From Bacteroidota bacterium (GTDB lineage: Bacteria; Bacteroidota; Bacteroidia; Bacteroidales; FEN-979): DNA of 64,000 nucleotides. Under the pieces are notes generated by a model. That model was not told where the DNA came from and searched no databases. It saw nothing but the letters and a program-made list of their open reading frames with translations. The translations under genes and the position numbers were made by a program. The stretch spans positions 2,875 to 66,874 of the forward strand of contig JBAXLI010000015.1 of the NCBI GenBank assembly GCA_037134895.1. The letters are read 5' to 3'. Every line of letters starts with the position of its first letter. Within the stretch, counting starts at the first letter, position 1. Positions 47,094-56,735 of this stretch are shown here, piece by piece.

Positions 47094-47138
47094 GATAATA
47101 ACATTAAAAACTGAAGGCTGAACATTCGGTTTCAAACT

Positions 47139-49475
47139 ATGATCCGGAATTTCTATACTACGGCGATAAGGAACCTGTTGCGCGACAAGATGGCAAATCT
47201 TGCCAACATCCTGGGCTTGTCGTTAGGGATGGCCACTTTTCTTGTAATCATCTTATGGGTTCACGACGAATTAAGCTATGACCGTTTTCATAAGGATTTC
47301 AGGCAGACCTATAAACTGGTCAACAATATGGGCAAGGGCTGGTTTGAGACCTCACCGTTTTTACTCACAGAACATCTTAAACAGGATTTCCCTGAGGTTG
47401 ATAAAACAACCAGGGATTTTTCAATGACGCGTTTGATCAGTTACAATGACAAGCACTTTCGTGAATCCTGCGGATTTGTTGACCCTGATTTTTTCAACAT
47501 TTTTTCTTTCCCGCTGGTTCGGGGGAGCACCGAACATATTTTCGATATCGAAAAATCTGTCGTTATAAGCGAGAATATGGCAAACAAACTTTTCGGGAAT
47601 GAAAGCCCGGTTGGGAAATACCTTGATGTCGCATTCAGGGGGAAATACCTTGTAAGCGGAATCATGAAAAACTTACCCGAAAATACAACATTTCAGTATG
47701 ACATTCTTTTTCCTTTGAAGGATATTCTAAAACAGAAAATCTTCAACGGCGACGATATTTGGGGATATGATGTCCAGTCCTATGTGAAACTTAAACATGG
47801 AACAGATGTCGATGCATTCAGGGCAAAAATGGCCGGTACATGCAATAAATATGATCCGCGCAAAGGTGATTTCACATGCATAAATGACATACAAAACATT
47901 GGAGAACTAAGGTTATACGCAAGGAACGGGACCCAGGGGATATTGTACGTAAAAATTTTTATACTCATTGCGATCTTCATTCTCGTGATCGCCTGCGTGA
48001 ATTTCATCAATTTCACAACAGCACGCTCCGGCATCCGCAATAAAGAAATCGGCATACACAAAGTCAACGGCGCCACAAGGTTTTCGCTGGTAAGAAAGTT
48101 GACCGGGGAAGCAGTTCTTATATCATTCCTTTCGATGTTCATAGCATTTTTGCTGGTCACCGCAATCCTTCCGGAAGTCAACACGATGATGGATAAAAAA
48201 TTGTCATTCGGATCGTTTTCCGGACTCTGGCTGGTATGTATTTTCGTCATTATCCCGCTGTTCACAGGTATCCTCTCAGGCATCTTCCCTTCCTTGATCC
48301 TTTCTTCACTGAACCCGGCCACAACGCTTTCATTAAAAGCACTACCTTCAAGTACTTCGGCATTTCTACGGAAATCACTCGTTGTTTTTCAATTCAGTAT
48401 CGCGATCATTATCATGATATGCTCATGGATAACTTACAGGCAACTCAACCTGATGCTTGACAAGGACCTTGGTTTTGATAAGGAAAATATCCTGGTCTTC
48501 AGCAACAACAGGTTACTTGGGAAAAATTATTATGCTTTCAGGACAGAACTTCTCAGGAACAGCAGGATCAGCCAGGTTACTTACGCAAGCAGTCTTCCCG
48601 TAAACATATCAAACAGCAATCCTGTGACAAAAAAAGGACAGTCGAAAGATGAAGGGATTTTCGTCAAGTATGCAAGAGTTGGAAATGATTATTTCAGTCT
48701 TTTCGGCATGAAGATCCTAGAAGGCCGTGATTTTAATGCAAATTTTAAGGGTGATTCGGCGAGTTGTATTGTCAATGAAGAATTCGTCAGGACCCTGGCG
48801 ATCAGTAACCCTGTTGGCTCTGAAATCGTCCTTTGGGGAGCAAATCTTAAGATCACAGGAGTTGTTAAGAATTTCAATGCCCAGTCCCTGCATTCTTCAA
48901 TTCTTCCTCTCTTGATTTTACCGGCAATGGATCCGTATACAAATTTCGTTTTTGTTAAAACTGCGGATAAGCCTGACCCGGAAACCATAAAGTTTATCCG
49001 CAAATGCTGGACCGGATTCTCAGGGGATTATCCGTTTGAATATACAATGCTCACCGACAGGTTCAGGCAGCAATACGGATTTGATGAGCGCCTGGTTAAT
49101 TTGTTACTGTATTTCACCCTTATATCGGTTTTTATTTCAATGCTGGGATTATACAGTTTATCAACTTTTATGATCAGGCAGCTCAGGAGGGAGCTTGCAA
49201 TACGAAAGGTTTTCGGAGCCCTGCCGGCAGGCAATGCCCGTTTGCTTGCCACCAGGATTGTAAGGCTGATCCTGTTATCGAACCTTATTGCATGGCCTCT
49301 TGCATGGTTGCTTGGTAATCGAATGCTTCAGACGTACTCTTTCAGGACAGAAATTTCACCCTGGATCTTTTTAATGTCCGGCATGTTGACTCTTTTATTG
49401 TCATTACTGATAATCGGGGGTCACACCCTGAAAGCTGCAAGGCAGAATCCTGCTGAAGTATTGAATAACCAGTAA
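47139..49475 (+). CDS. MacB-like ABC permease, double FtsX (paralog 8, 778 aa; divergent second FtsX loop)
   Basis: The N-terminus is MIRNFYTTAIRNLLRDKMANLANILGLSLG...ELSYDRF. The motifs are IRNKEIGIHKVNGATR and the divergent QLRRELAIRKVFGAL. The C-terminus is QNPAEVLNNQ. Confidence 0.85.
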   Translation: MIRNFYTTAIRNLLRDKMANLANILGLSLGMATFLVIILWVHDELSYDRFHKDFRQTYKLVNNMGKGWFETSPFLLTEHLKQDFPEVDKTTRDFSMTRLISYNDKHFRESCGFVDPDFFNIFSFPLVRGSTEHIFDIEKSVVISENMANKLFGNESPVGKYLDVAFRGKYLVSGIMKNLPENTTFQYDILFPLKDILKQKIFNGDDIWGYDVQSYVKLKHGTDVDAFRAKMAGTCNKYDPRKGDFTCINDIQNIGELRLYARNGTQGILYVKIFILIAIFILVIACVNFINFTTARSGIRNKEIGIHKVNGATRFSLVRKLTGEAVLISFLSMFIAFLLVTAILPEVNTMMDKKLSFGSFSGLWLVCIFVIIPLFTGILSGIFPSLILSSLNPATTLSLKALPSSTSAFLRKSLVVFQFSIAIIIMICSWITYRQLNLMLDKDLGFDKENILVFSNNRLLGKNYYAFRTELLRNSRISQVTYASSLPVNISNSNPVTKKGQSKDEGIFVKYARVGNDYFSLFGMKILEGRDFNANFKGDSASCIVNEEFVRTLAISNPVGSEIVLWGANLKITGVVKNFNAQSLHSSILPLLILPAMDPYTNFVFVKTADKPDPETIKFIRKCWTGFSGDYPFEYTMLTDRFRQQYGFDERLVNLLLYFTLISVFISMLGLYSLSTFMIRQLRRELAIRKVFGALPAGNARLLATRIVRLILLSNLIAWPLAWLLGNRMLQTYSFRTEISPWIFLMSGMLTLLLSLLIIGGHTLKAARQNPAEVLNNQ

Positions 49476-49594
49476 TTTGCCTGGTAATGCCTTCCCTTCA
49501 AAGTGTACACTGAAAATACCGCATATCTCCTCTTTTCAGATCAGCTCTTCCATATTAATATAAAAACAATCCTGTTCATTATTATTCACGGAGT

Positions 49595-50815
49595 TCATGA
49601 CTGTCTGATATCATAAGCCATCAGCACCTTCCCATGCCGTATAAACAACATGCCTTTTGCGATTGACATATGCGCCAGACAGGGACCTGATCCGATGGTA
49701 ACCCTGAAAGAACCTGCAACATCAACATTGTTACCGTTTGGTTTCAGCAAATAGACTTTCCCATCGTTCCCGTCATAGGAGTAGATCCGGTCTTTTGTGG
49801 CAATCAATGAAGATTCTTTAATGGTTTTATTTGAAAATACCAATTTACCGGTATTACGGTCGATGCAGTGAAATCCCATGGCAGCATTCCGGTTTGTCCC
49901 GAAGATATGGTCCCCAACAGCGACGGCCCCGCCCATATATGATCCGGGAACCGAATCGCACCAGGTGAAAGAAAAATCATTATTCTCCGGATTGTAGGAA
50001 AATAGTTTTCCGCGTTGCCCATCGTTGCAGTAAATGCTGGTTTTATTCACAAGGGTTGGAATAATTCCAGGCAAAGAAGTGGTCTTGAAAAATATTTTCC
50101 CTGTACTTAAATCAGCAGCAAAAAAGTATTTTCTTGTCCCGGCAAAAATCATTTTCTTATCCTTATATTCAATGAACACAGGTGATACGTAATCACAGGT
50201 ATCACTTAAGGATTCAGATTTCCATACGGTTTCACCATTTAAATAGTTGAGCGCTACCAACGTCGTTTGATTGCCAGCTGTAGTGAGAATTACCTTATCC
50301 TCAACAACCAAAGGGGATTCACAAAAAGCAAACTCGGGATTTCCAACTGCACCAAATTTTTCGGTACTGTTGAATCTCCACAAAATGCTACCCGTTTTAC
50401 TGTCGAGACATGCGAAATCTCCATATCCGGTAAAAGCGTAAAGCTTGTTTTTGTAATAAGTGGGTGTACACCGGCTCTCAGGCCATTCTCCTTTGTGTGC
50501 CCTGCCAAAAGCCTGTTGCCATAATACTTTTCCAGTAAAATCGATAGCTGTGAGATATTCCAGTGAATCAATCTTTCCAACAGTAAACACAGTATTCTCG
50601 CCTACAATTGCAGAGGTAAAACCATCCCCCACGCTGTTTACCGCCCATATGCGACGTGGTCCTGATACAGGCCACTCCTTCAGCAGATTTTCTTCGGTGC
50701 AGATGCCATCCCGGTTTACTCCCCGCCATTGAGGCCATTGGGCATTAATACTTTCCGTTACGCCGAGAACAAACAGGAAGAACAACAATAATTGACAATA
50801 TAGCTGATTTTTCAT
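49595..50815 (-). CDS. Secreted PQQ-like (BamB-type) beta-propeller repeat protein
   Basis: A signal peptide is followed by WPQWRGVNRDGI, the typical N-terminal motif of this family. Repeated ...G(K/E)..W... blade motifs run throughout the 406 aa. Confidence 0.7.
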   Translation of the reverse strand: MKNQLYCQLLLFFLFVLGVTESINAQWPQWRGVNRDGICTEENLLKEWPVSGPRRIWAVNSVGDGFTSAIVGENTVFTVGKIDSLEYLTAIDFTGKVLWQQAFGRAHKGEWPESRCTPTYYKNKLYAFTGYGDFACLDSKTGSILWRFNSTEKFGAVGNPEFAFCESPLVVEDKVILTTAGNQTTLVALNYLNGETVWKSESLSDTCDYVSPVFIEYKDKKMIFAGTRKYFFAADLSTGKIFFKTTSLPGIIPTLVNKTSIYCNDGQRGKLFSYNPENNDFSFTWCDSVPGSYMGGAVAVGDHIFGTNRNAAMGFHCIDRNTGKLVFSNKTIKESSLIATKDRIYSYDGNDGKVYLLKPNGNNVDVAGSFRVTIGSGPCLAHMSIAKGMLFIRHGKVLMAYDIRQS

Positions 50816-50905
50816 ATGATATTGGTTTTATGAATTGAATTATAAATTACGAATCATTGGCGTCGCTTTCTTTCTGACTGGATTAAGAGAAAAATGAACC
50901 TGCTG

Positions 50906-52480
50906 TCATTTACCCCATTTTGCATTCTTCTTCATTTCGTTCACAAAATCAGAACTCACCCAGAAAATATCCTGACTGCTTTCGGGAGTACGTCTTACGA
51001 AGAAGAAGAATTTTCCATCGGGGCTCAAGCCCGAAAACAATTCATTTGCAGGAGTGTTAATAGCTTCAACAGGAGCCGGAACAGACCAGATATTTTTTTG
51101 TTTATTATAAAAAGTGATATACAAATCCTGAACTTCAGCGTTTCTGAGTGTAAAAAACATATAGCTTTCATCCGGAGCAATTTGGAACTGATAATTCTGG
51201 CCAGCCGGATAGGCTATCCGGGTAATCGTATCGGGTTTCGAATAGACTCCGTTCTTCTGGGTAATGCGCAGGGTTTTCATGTCAAGGCTGTTGCAATATA
51301 TCGTTCCATCTTTTGTGACCGAAGCATAAATTCCATCGGCCACTTCCTGTGGATTTACCCATTCATTATTAACTTTGGTATAGCAGATGATCTTGCAATT
51401 TCCAGGCATACCATATTGGAATATTGGTGTTCCACGAAAAATATAGAGTTTTTTCCCATCGGCGGATATTTTCGGGTAACCTTCAAATTTATTTCCACTC
51501 GAAAAGGAGGCTCTTTGAGGTTCGGTCCAATTGTTTCCAACCTTTTTAGTAACCATAATTTCCTGATAAATTGAATCTCCTTCACGACGGATTATTGTCC
51601 AATAAACCTCCTTCATGTCAGGAGAGAAGCAGGGAGCTGAATTCTCAGTTTTATTGGTACACATATATTGCGGCGCAAATCTGACGGCCGTAGTCCCCGG
51701 ATCGATTTGATTAATATAGTCAGACAGTCCGGCTTGAGACGAAAAGGATTCTGATTTATTGGGAAATACAGGTTTACTGATTTTTCCTTCAAATTCTGCA
51801 TAAAGGCTGCCGATTTCATTCGGCTCCAGTGCACGGTTGAATATTTTCACCTCGTCAATATTCCCGTTGAACCAGGTGCAGTCATCTTTCTGATAGCCGA
51901 TATACAAGGGAAGTTCAGATCCGGTGATGTCGAATGCGATATCAAAGGATTCAATCTGCTTCCCGTTTAAATAGAGCACAATTTTTTTTGCTTTTTGACT
52001 GAATGTCGCTGCGACGAATGACCATTGCGAAGATGGAATGGAGTCGAGCGTGGTATAATAATCTGCTCTGTCCTTATTCCAGTTGCCAAACCCCCACTCG
52101 TTTGAACTGACATCTCCAAAACCGAACCGCCACTGCGAACAACGATTCGCTTTTGACACCCATGATTTGTAGATGCCTTTATTTTCCGGGGCAATCCAGC
52201 AACTGATGGTCAACGATTCGGTGAGGTTGATTGAAGGTGTGCTTTTCACCTCAATATACGCATTGGCCCCATTGAAGTAAAAGGAGCCATTTTCTTTTCC
52301 TTTCAGATCAGCGGTAAGAACCGCATTATAAATTCTCGACTTTAATTTGCTTCCGCTTGCATCTTCAGCGTTCCCGTTAAAGGGAAACCAGGCAACCAGG
52401 GATTTATCCGGTGGGTTCTTCTGGCCATATGCCGTAAAACAATAAAACAGAATAATGGGAATGATCAGCATTTTTCTCAT
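50906..52480 (-). CDS. Secreted LamG-like jelly-roll domain protein fused to a TolB/PD40-like beta-propeller
   Basis: After the signal peptide comes LVAWFPFNGNAEDASG...FYFNGANAYIEV...WSFVAATF...LYLNGK...GNIDEVKIFNRAL, a LamG pattern. The C-terminal half has PD40-like repeats (SPDMKEVYW, SADGKKLY, APDESYMFF, SPDGKFFFF). Confidence 0.7.
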   Translation of the reverse strand: MRKMLIIPIILFYCFTAYGQKNPPDKSLVAWFPFNGNAEDASGSKLKSRIYNAVLTADLKGKENGSFYFNGANAYIEVKSTPSINLTESLTISCWIAPENKGIYKSWVSKANRCSQWRFGFGDVSSNEWGFGNWNKDRADYYTTLDSIPSSQWSFVAATFSQKAKKIVLYLNGKQIESFDIAFDITGSELPLYIGYQKDDCTWFNGNIDEVKIFNRALEPNEIGSLYAEFEGKISKPVFPNKSESFSSQAGLSDYINQIDPGTTAVRFAPQYMCTNKTENSAPCFSPDMKEVYWTIIRREGDSIYQEIMVTKKVGNNWTEPQRASFSSGNKFEGYPKISADGKKLYIFRGTPIFQYGMPGNCKIICYTKVNNEWVNPQEVADGIYASVTKDGTIYCNSLDMKTLRITQKNGVYSKPDTITRIAYPAGQNYQFQIAPDESYMFFTLRNAEVQDLYITFYNKQKNIWSVPAPVEAINTPANELFSGLSPDGKFFFFVRRTPESSQDIFWVSSDFVNEMKKNAKWGK

Positions 52481-53107
52481 AAATTTTTTTTTAAAAACTG
52501 TTTTCGTTTCATATACTGATGTAGGTACGATTAAAGGAGGTGTTGACTACCCAAAGCAACAGAAAAAAAGCAGGCAGAGCCCGATTCCGGGGATTATTCG
52601 AGACATAACAGTGTTTTAATAACTACATTGACTACCCTTTCAAATATAAGGCTCTTAATGCAGCTCTGGTTTCAAATTTCGACCAATTGCCTATTTCGTC
52701 TGTAAATGGTACAATTCAATCGGCAAAGATTGCTTTACCTTTAAAAATGATCATCTATTTATTTTTCAGGAAAAGAGCGGCAAGATCGGAAACCTATACA
52801 TCCATGATACCAGTTCACACTTCGGATTAATCCCGGTGCCGGGGCGTTTAACAAAAGGTTTAGTTGACCAATCCATCTTGCCGTTTAACGAGTTTAAATG
52901 ACCTTTCGCCGATTGCCGATTTTTTTCTATAAATGATATATCGATTTTTGCTTTAACAACCTTAAAACAATTTCAGTACGAAAAATACACAGATATTTTT
53001 GTTGCAAGCTGGGGAGGAGGCGCTGGAACCACTGTACTGAAGATCACCCCCGGTGATTTCAAAATTTTTAAACAGACTCTAAATCGAAAAAATTAGCCAT
53101 TGAAGTA

Positions 53108-54169
53108 ATGCAACACTTCCTGACGAAAACTAAGATGAAAATCAATACAAAGATAACGCCCATAATACTTGCAAGTGTGATATTCACACTTCAGGCTTCT
53201 GCAGGTTGCGCTGGTGCCATTGATCCCGTTAAGATTAATGTAACCCAGGTGCTTGATAAATATATTCAGGCAATGGGGGGAATGGCTTTAAAACAAGTAA
53301 AAACGCTATCGCGTCAAGGCACTCTGGTAAAAGGAAATCAGGGCAAAGTTCCCTTCGAGGCGTACTCGGAAAATCCGGGAAAATGGAATTATAAACAAAT
53401 TTTTGCTTACGGGGACGTGGTCTGCTATGCAAGCGACGGAAAAGACTTTTGGGTGCAGGATACAAAAGGCGTTACTCAAATACAGGATAATGAGCGCATG
53501 GATCTTCAGCTGATGTTTGATATCATGTTTCCGTTAAAACTGCATGATCTCTATCCTGATTTGAGGATCAGGGAATCGGGTCCCTCCGACAAACTGAAAA
53601 CTGTTTCACTAATTGGCAAATCGGGCGGCATTGAAAAAGAATTTGAATTTGATCTGGAAACCGGGTTTTTGCTGCGGGCAGGGGATCTGTATTTCACCGA
53701 TTACCGCCAAAGCGGAAAACTAAAGCTGCCTTTCCGCATTTTCATTGGCGAATCCACAGATAAAGAAAGCCTGAGATTAAAAATGGAGGTTTCAGTAGTT
53801 GTTTGGGATTCAGCAATGGATCAATCCGAATTTGATAAACCATCCTGCCCGCTTAAGGCTCAGAAATCACAGCTTTACACCTTGAGAAAACAGGTTACGG
53901 TTGATGATGGAGCTATGGAAGCCTGCGTTGGAGTATACCGCAATACTTCCGACTCAACATTGAAATACATTGTCTCAAAGCAGGGGAAGCATTTAATGTA
54001 TGAAATACCAGGCAGATCTTCAAGGATTGAAATTAAACCCGAATCGGAATTGGATTATTTTGTCAGGTTTTTGAACCAGGAATATCATTTTGTTAAAGAC
54101 AGCAGGGGAAAGGTGGTTCAGCTTGAGTTTGGGTATGAAAGGAAAATAAAAGCAAAAAGGATTGATTAA
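53108..54169 (+). CDS. Secreted hypothetical protein
   Basis: 353-aa ORF. The more likely start is the ATG at 53135 (MKINTKITPIILASVIFTLQASA signal). The C-terminal part (CVGVYRNTSDSTLKYIVSKQGKHLMYEIPG...KDSRGKVVQLEF) resembles the small beta domains found at the C-termini of beta-lactamase-like or peptidase proteins. The family was not securely recognised. Confidence 0.55.
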   Translation: MQHFLTKTKMKINTKITPIILASVIFTLQASAGCAGAIDPVKINVTQVLDKYIQAMGGMALKQVKTLSRQGTLVKGNQGKVPFEAYSENPGKWNYKQIFAYGDVVCYASDGKDFWVQDTKGVTQIQDNERMDLQLMFDIMFPLKLHDLYPDLRIRESGPSDKLKTVSLIGKSGGIEKEFEFDLETGFLLRAGDLYFTDYRQSGKLKLPFRIFIGESTDKESLRLKMEVSVVVWDSAMDQSEFDKPSCPLKAQKSQLYTLRKQVTVDDGAMEACVGVYRNTSDSTLKYIVSKQGKHLMYEIPGRSSRIEIKPESELDYFVRFLNQEYHFVKDSRGKVVQLEFGYERKIKAKRID

Positions 54170-54190
54170 AATTGTTAACAGGAACAGGTT

Positions 54191-54835
54191 ATGGATCGTA
54201 AGCAGTTTTTATTGAAATCAGCCCATACCTGCCTGTTTTGTTGCAGTGCGGTTGCCGGTTTCGGATCAGTTCCTCCCGGCCATATCCCCGCTGATGATAA
54301 ACTCAGTTCTGATCTTGGAAAGCGAATGTTGGATGGAGCAAAAAGCCCTGACTGGCGGAGGGCCGAAAAATCTCTTTCGTGGATCAGGAACATGCTCGAT
54401 GTAATGGATGAGCATCTTGATGAAGAAACGAAAATAAAGCTTTTAAACGCTTGCGGACGTTCCTGCTATCTTTTCGCTGTTGGAGTGGCAGATGAAAAGA
54501 AACCGACAGCAGGGGAAGCAGAAGAATATCTTGCATGGCTTGATGTGAATGGCTTTAAAGTTGAACGCAATAAGGGAATGACGGTAATTAATTTCGGCTG
54601 GCATGGCAAACAAAGTCCGCTGGGATTAAGCATAAAAGAAGGTTTCTGCCTTTGCCCGATTGTTGAAAATGACTTGCAGGGTTTATCAAAATCATACTGT
54701 AATTGTTCTGCAGGATATGTGAAAGAGATTGTCGAACGAAGTACCGGAAGGAAAGTTATACGGGTCGAGGTCGTGGAATCAATCAAACGGGGCGGGAAGG
54801 ATTGCCGCTTCAGGGTTGAATTAAACAATGCGTAA
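54191..54835 (+). CDS. Cys-rich hypothetical protein with Tat-like (RK variant) signal
   Basis: The N-terminus is MDRKQFLLKSAHTCLFCCSAVAG. Conserved-looking Cys clusters are CGRSCYLF, CLCPIV, YCNCSAGY and DCRF. Function unknown. Confidence 0.55.
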   Translation: MDRKQFLLKSAHTCLFCCSAVAGFGSVPPGHIPADDKLSSDLGKRMLDGAKSPDWRRAEKSLSWIRNMLDVMDEHLDEETKIKLLNACGRSCYLFAVGVADEKKPTAGEAEEYLAWLDVNGFKVERNKGMTVINFGWHGKQSPLGLSIKEGFCLCPIVENDLQGLSKSYCNCSAGYVKEIVERSTGRKVIRVEVVESIKRGGKDCRFRVELNNA

Positions 54836-54882
54836 GTGGAGGCGGGGATGCACTATTCGTGATAATCATAAAAACAACCAAC

Positions 54883-55389
54883 ATGAAAAAGCAAATAAAA
54901 TTAGCCGCGATCAGCCTGTTTTTCATTTATCAGGCGAATGTTTTCAGCCAGACAATGAATGAAAAGTTAACATTCCTTAAACCGATTTTGGGGAAAAGCT
55001 GGACAGCCGATTTTAAGTCACCCAATGGTCAGACAACAACGAAGGTCAGCCGCAGCTATGAACTCATGTGGAATGGGGAAGTGATAAAATTCACGAATTC
55101 AAATCCGCAGCTCAAATATTTCGAAGAAGGATATTTTTATGTGGAAGACGGCACCAATAAAGTAATGTTTTTTTCGGTTTGCAACAAAGGAGGGGCACAG
55201 AAAGGCGAAGTCCTTCCTGAGGAGGGGAAAATTACTATCCAGGGGCAAACAACGATACGGGATAAAACCTTTGATTATAAAGACACCTATGAATTTACTG
55301 CTGATGGCAAAATGACTGATCGCTGGTTCCAGAATGCCAGCGGTTCATGGAGGCCAGGTCACGTTGTTGAATTCACCAAATCGATGTGA
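54883..55389 (+). CDS. Small secreted hypothetical protein
   Basis: The start is ATG 54883 (MKKQIKLAAISLFFIYQANVFSQ). The ORF-track GTG start at 54859 is less likely. The rest is beta-rich over about 145 aa. Confidence 0.55.
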   Translation: MKKQIKLAAISLFFIYQANVFSQTMNEKLTFLKPILGKSWTADFKSPNGQTTTKVSRSYELMWNGEVIKFTNSNPQLKYFEEGYFYVEDGTNKVMFFSVCNKGGAQKGEVLPEEGKITIQGQTTIRDKTFDYKDTYEFTADGKMTDRWFQNASGSWRPGHVVEFTKSM

Positions 55390-55443
55390 AATGAAACATG
55401 TCACATCAATTTCTTTTCCGGGCGAATTTTTATGTCTTTCGTC

Positions 55444-56718
55444 TTATAGCTTCTGCCTGTATAGTAACCTGTTGTCTCCGCCGCCCGGAGTTTCGTAGAG
55501 ATAGTAAAGATAATTTTTATGCACCCTTACCTTTTGAGGAAAGCCGTGTTCAGCGCCGAGTATTTGCTTCAATTCGCCGGTATTCAGGTTGATCCTGTAC
55601 AAGGTAAAGTAGCCCCCGCTTTTTAAAAATGAAGTGTACGCCCTATGATCTATCTTATCAATGTAGATATCAGAAGTCCATTGATTTGCACCAATATCGG
55701 GGATGGGCATTTTCAACCTGGAAGTGAAAACTCCACCCATGGTAAAGAGTTCCAGGGTATAATCCGCAGTATTGAAAATACACAAGAGTTCATCTATCCT
55801 GTGCAAAGAGGATGTGTTTTTTCCGTATATAATTTTTTTCAGCCATTGCCAAGCGAGTACATCCTCATAATTGCGGGGAGGGTTTTCCATGACCAGGTAA
55901 CGGTAATCCTCCGGATTACGGCTCAGCATCTTTAGTTTTTCCTTATCACTGACGGAAGACAGGATCTGCCTTCGGCTGGTTTGGCGGTTGACCTGGTAAA
56001 ATTCAACGCTGAGCTGATCAGGGCTTTCGGTACGAAAAAACAGCAGGCTTTCGGTTGATGCCACGCAATCGGCCAGGAATGACCTGAACCGTCCGATTTC
56101 GGCCGTACAGCAGAGATCGAGTGTATCGCCATGACGGTATACCTGGTAAGACGAATCTTCGTTCAGTACATGTACGTTGCCCATGCAATCGAGGAAAAGG
56201 CCTGAAGGTTTGAAGGGTAAGCTTCCTGAACGGGCAATTGTATCTCCATCCAGCGATTTATAAAGGAGTTCCGATTTTTTTAACCTGAAACGATAGATCA
56301 GGAGATAGACCCGGTTGCTATCGACTTCATAATCAAGCACAGTGTATTTATTATCCTTGAAGAAAGGCTGGGGCTCACTTTTCGCTTTGACTTCAACCTC
56401 CTGTAAAAGGCGAACAGATTGAATCAGCAATACTGTAATTGATTTCGAGGTGCTATCCAGCCAGATCTTCTGGGTTTCATACCCGACATGGCTAACGTTC
56501 ATATAAACCGGCGGATAATAGAAAACGAGTGAAAATTCACCATCCTTATTGGTTACGCAACCACGCCGGGTTCCTGCAATGCTTATGTTGGCACCTGAAA
56601 CAGCAGCCTGTGTTTGCCGGTCAAGCACTTTCCCTTTCAATTGCATACGATGATTCTGGGCTGTAACTGCCATACAGCAGAAAACAACAACAGAAGCCAC
56701 CGTAATAAATTTAACCAT
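55444..56718 (-). CDS. Secreted protein with N-terminal carboxypeptidase-regulatory-like (CarboxypepD_reg) domain
   Basis: After the signal peptide comes LKGKVLDRQTQAAVSGANISIAGTRRGCVTNKDGEFSL, the classic CarboxypepD_reg pattern. The remainder was not recognised. Confidence 0.6.
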   Translation of the reverse strand: MVKFITVASVVVFCCMAVTAQNHRMQLKGKVLDRQTQAAVSGANISIAGTRRGCVTNKDGEFSLVFYYPPVYMNVSHVGYETQKIWLDSTSKSITVLLIQSVRLLQEVEVKAKSEPQPFFKDNKYTVLDYEVDSNRVYLLIYRFRLKKSELLYKSLDGDTIARSGSLPFKPSGLFLDCMGNVHVLNEDSSYQVYRHGDTLDLCCTAEIGRFRSFLADCVASTESLLFFRTESPDQLSVEFYQVNRQTSRRQILSSVSDKEKLKMLSRNPEDYRYLVMENPPRNYEDVLAWQWLKKIIYGKNTSSLHRIDELLCIFNTADYTLELFTMGGVFTSRLKMPIPDIGANQWTSDIYIDKIDHRAYTSFLKSGGYFTLYRINLNTGELKQILGAEHGFPQKVRVHKNYLYYLYETPGGGDNRLLYRQKL

Positions 56719-56735
56719 GTTAATTAAGACAAACC

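Noticed and set aside
53042-53075. Hairpin ATCACC-CCC-GGTGAT as a riboswitch or attenuator terminator in the leader of the 53108 gene
   Set aside because: The stem is only 6 bp with a 3-nt loop. The T-run is interrupted (TTCAAAATTTTT), and I recognise no conserved aptamer upstream. It is kept only as a note within the non-coding-region finding.
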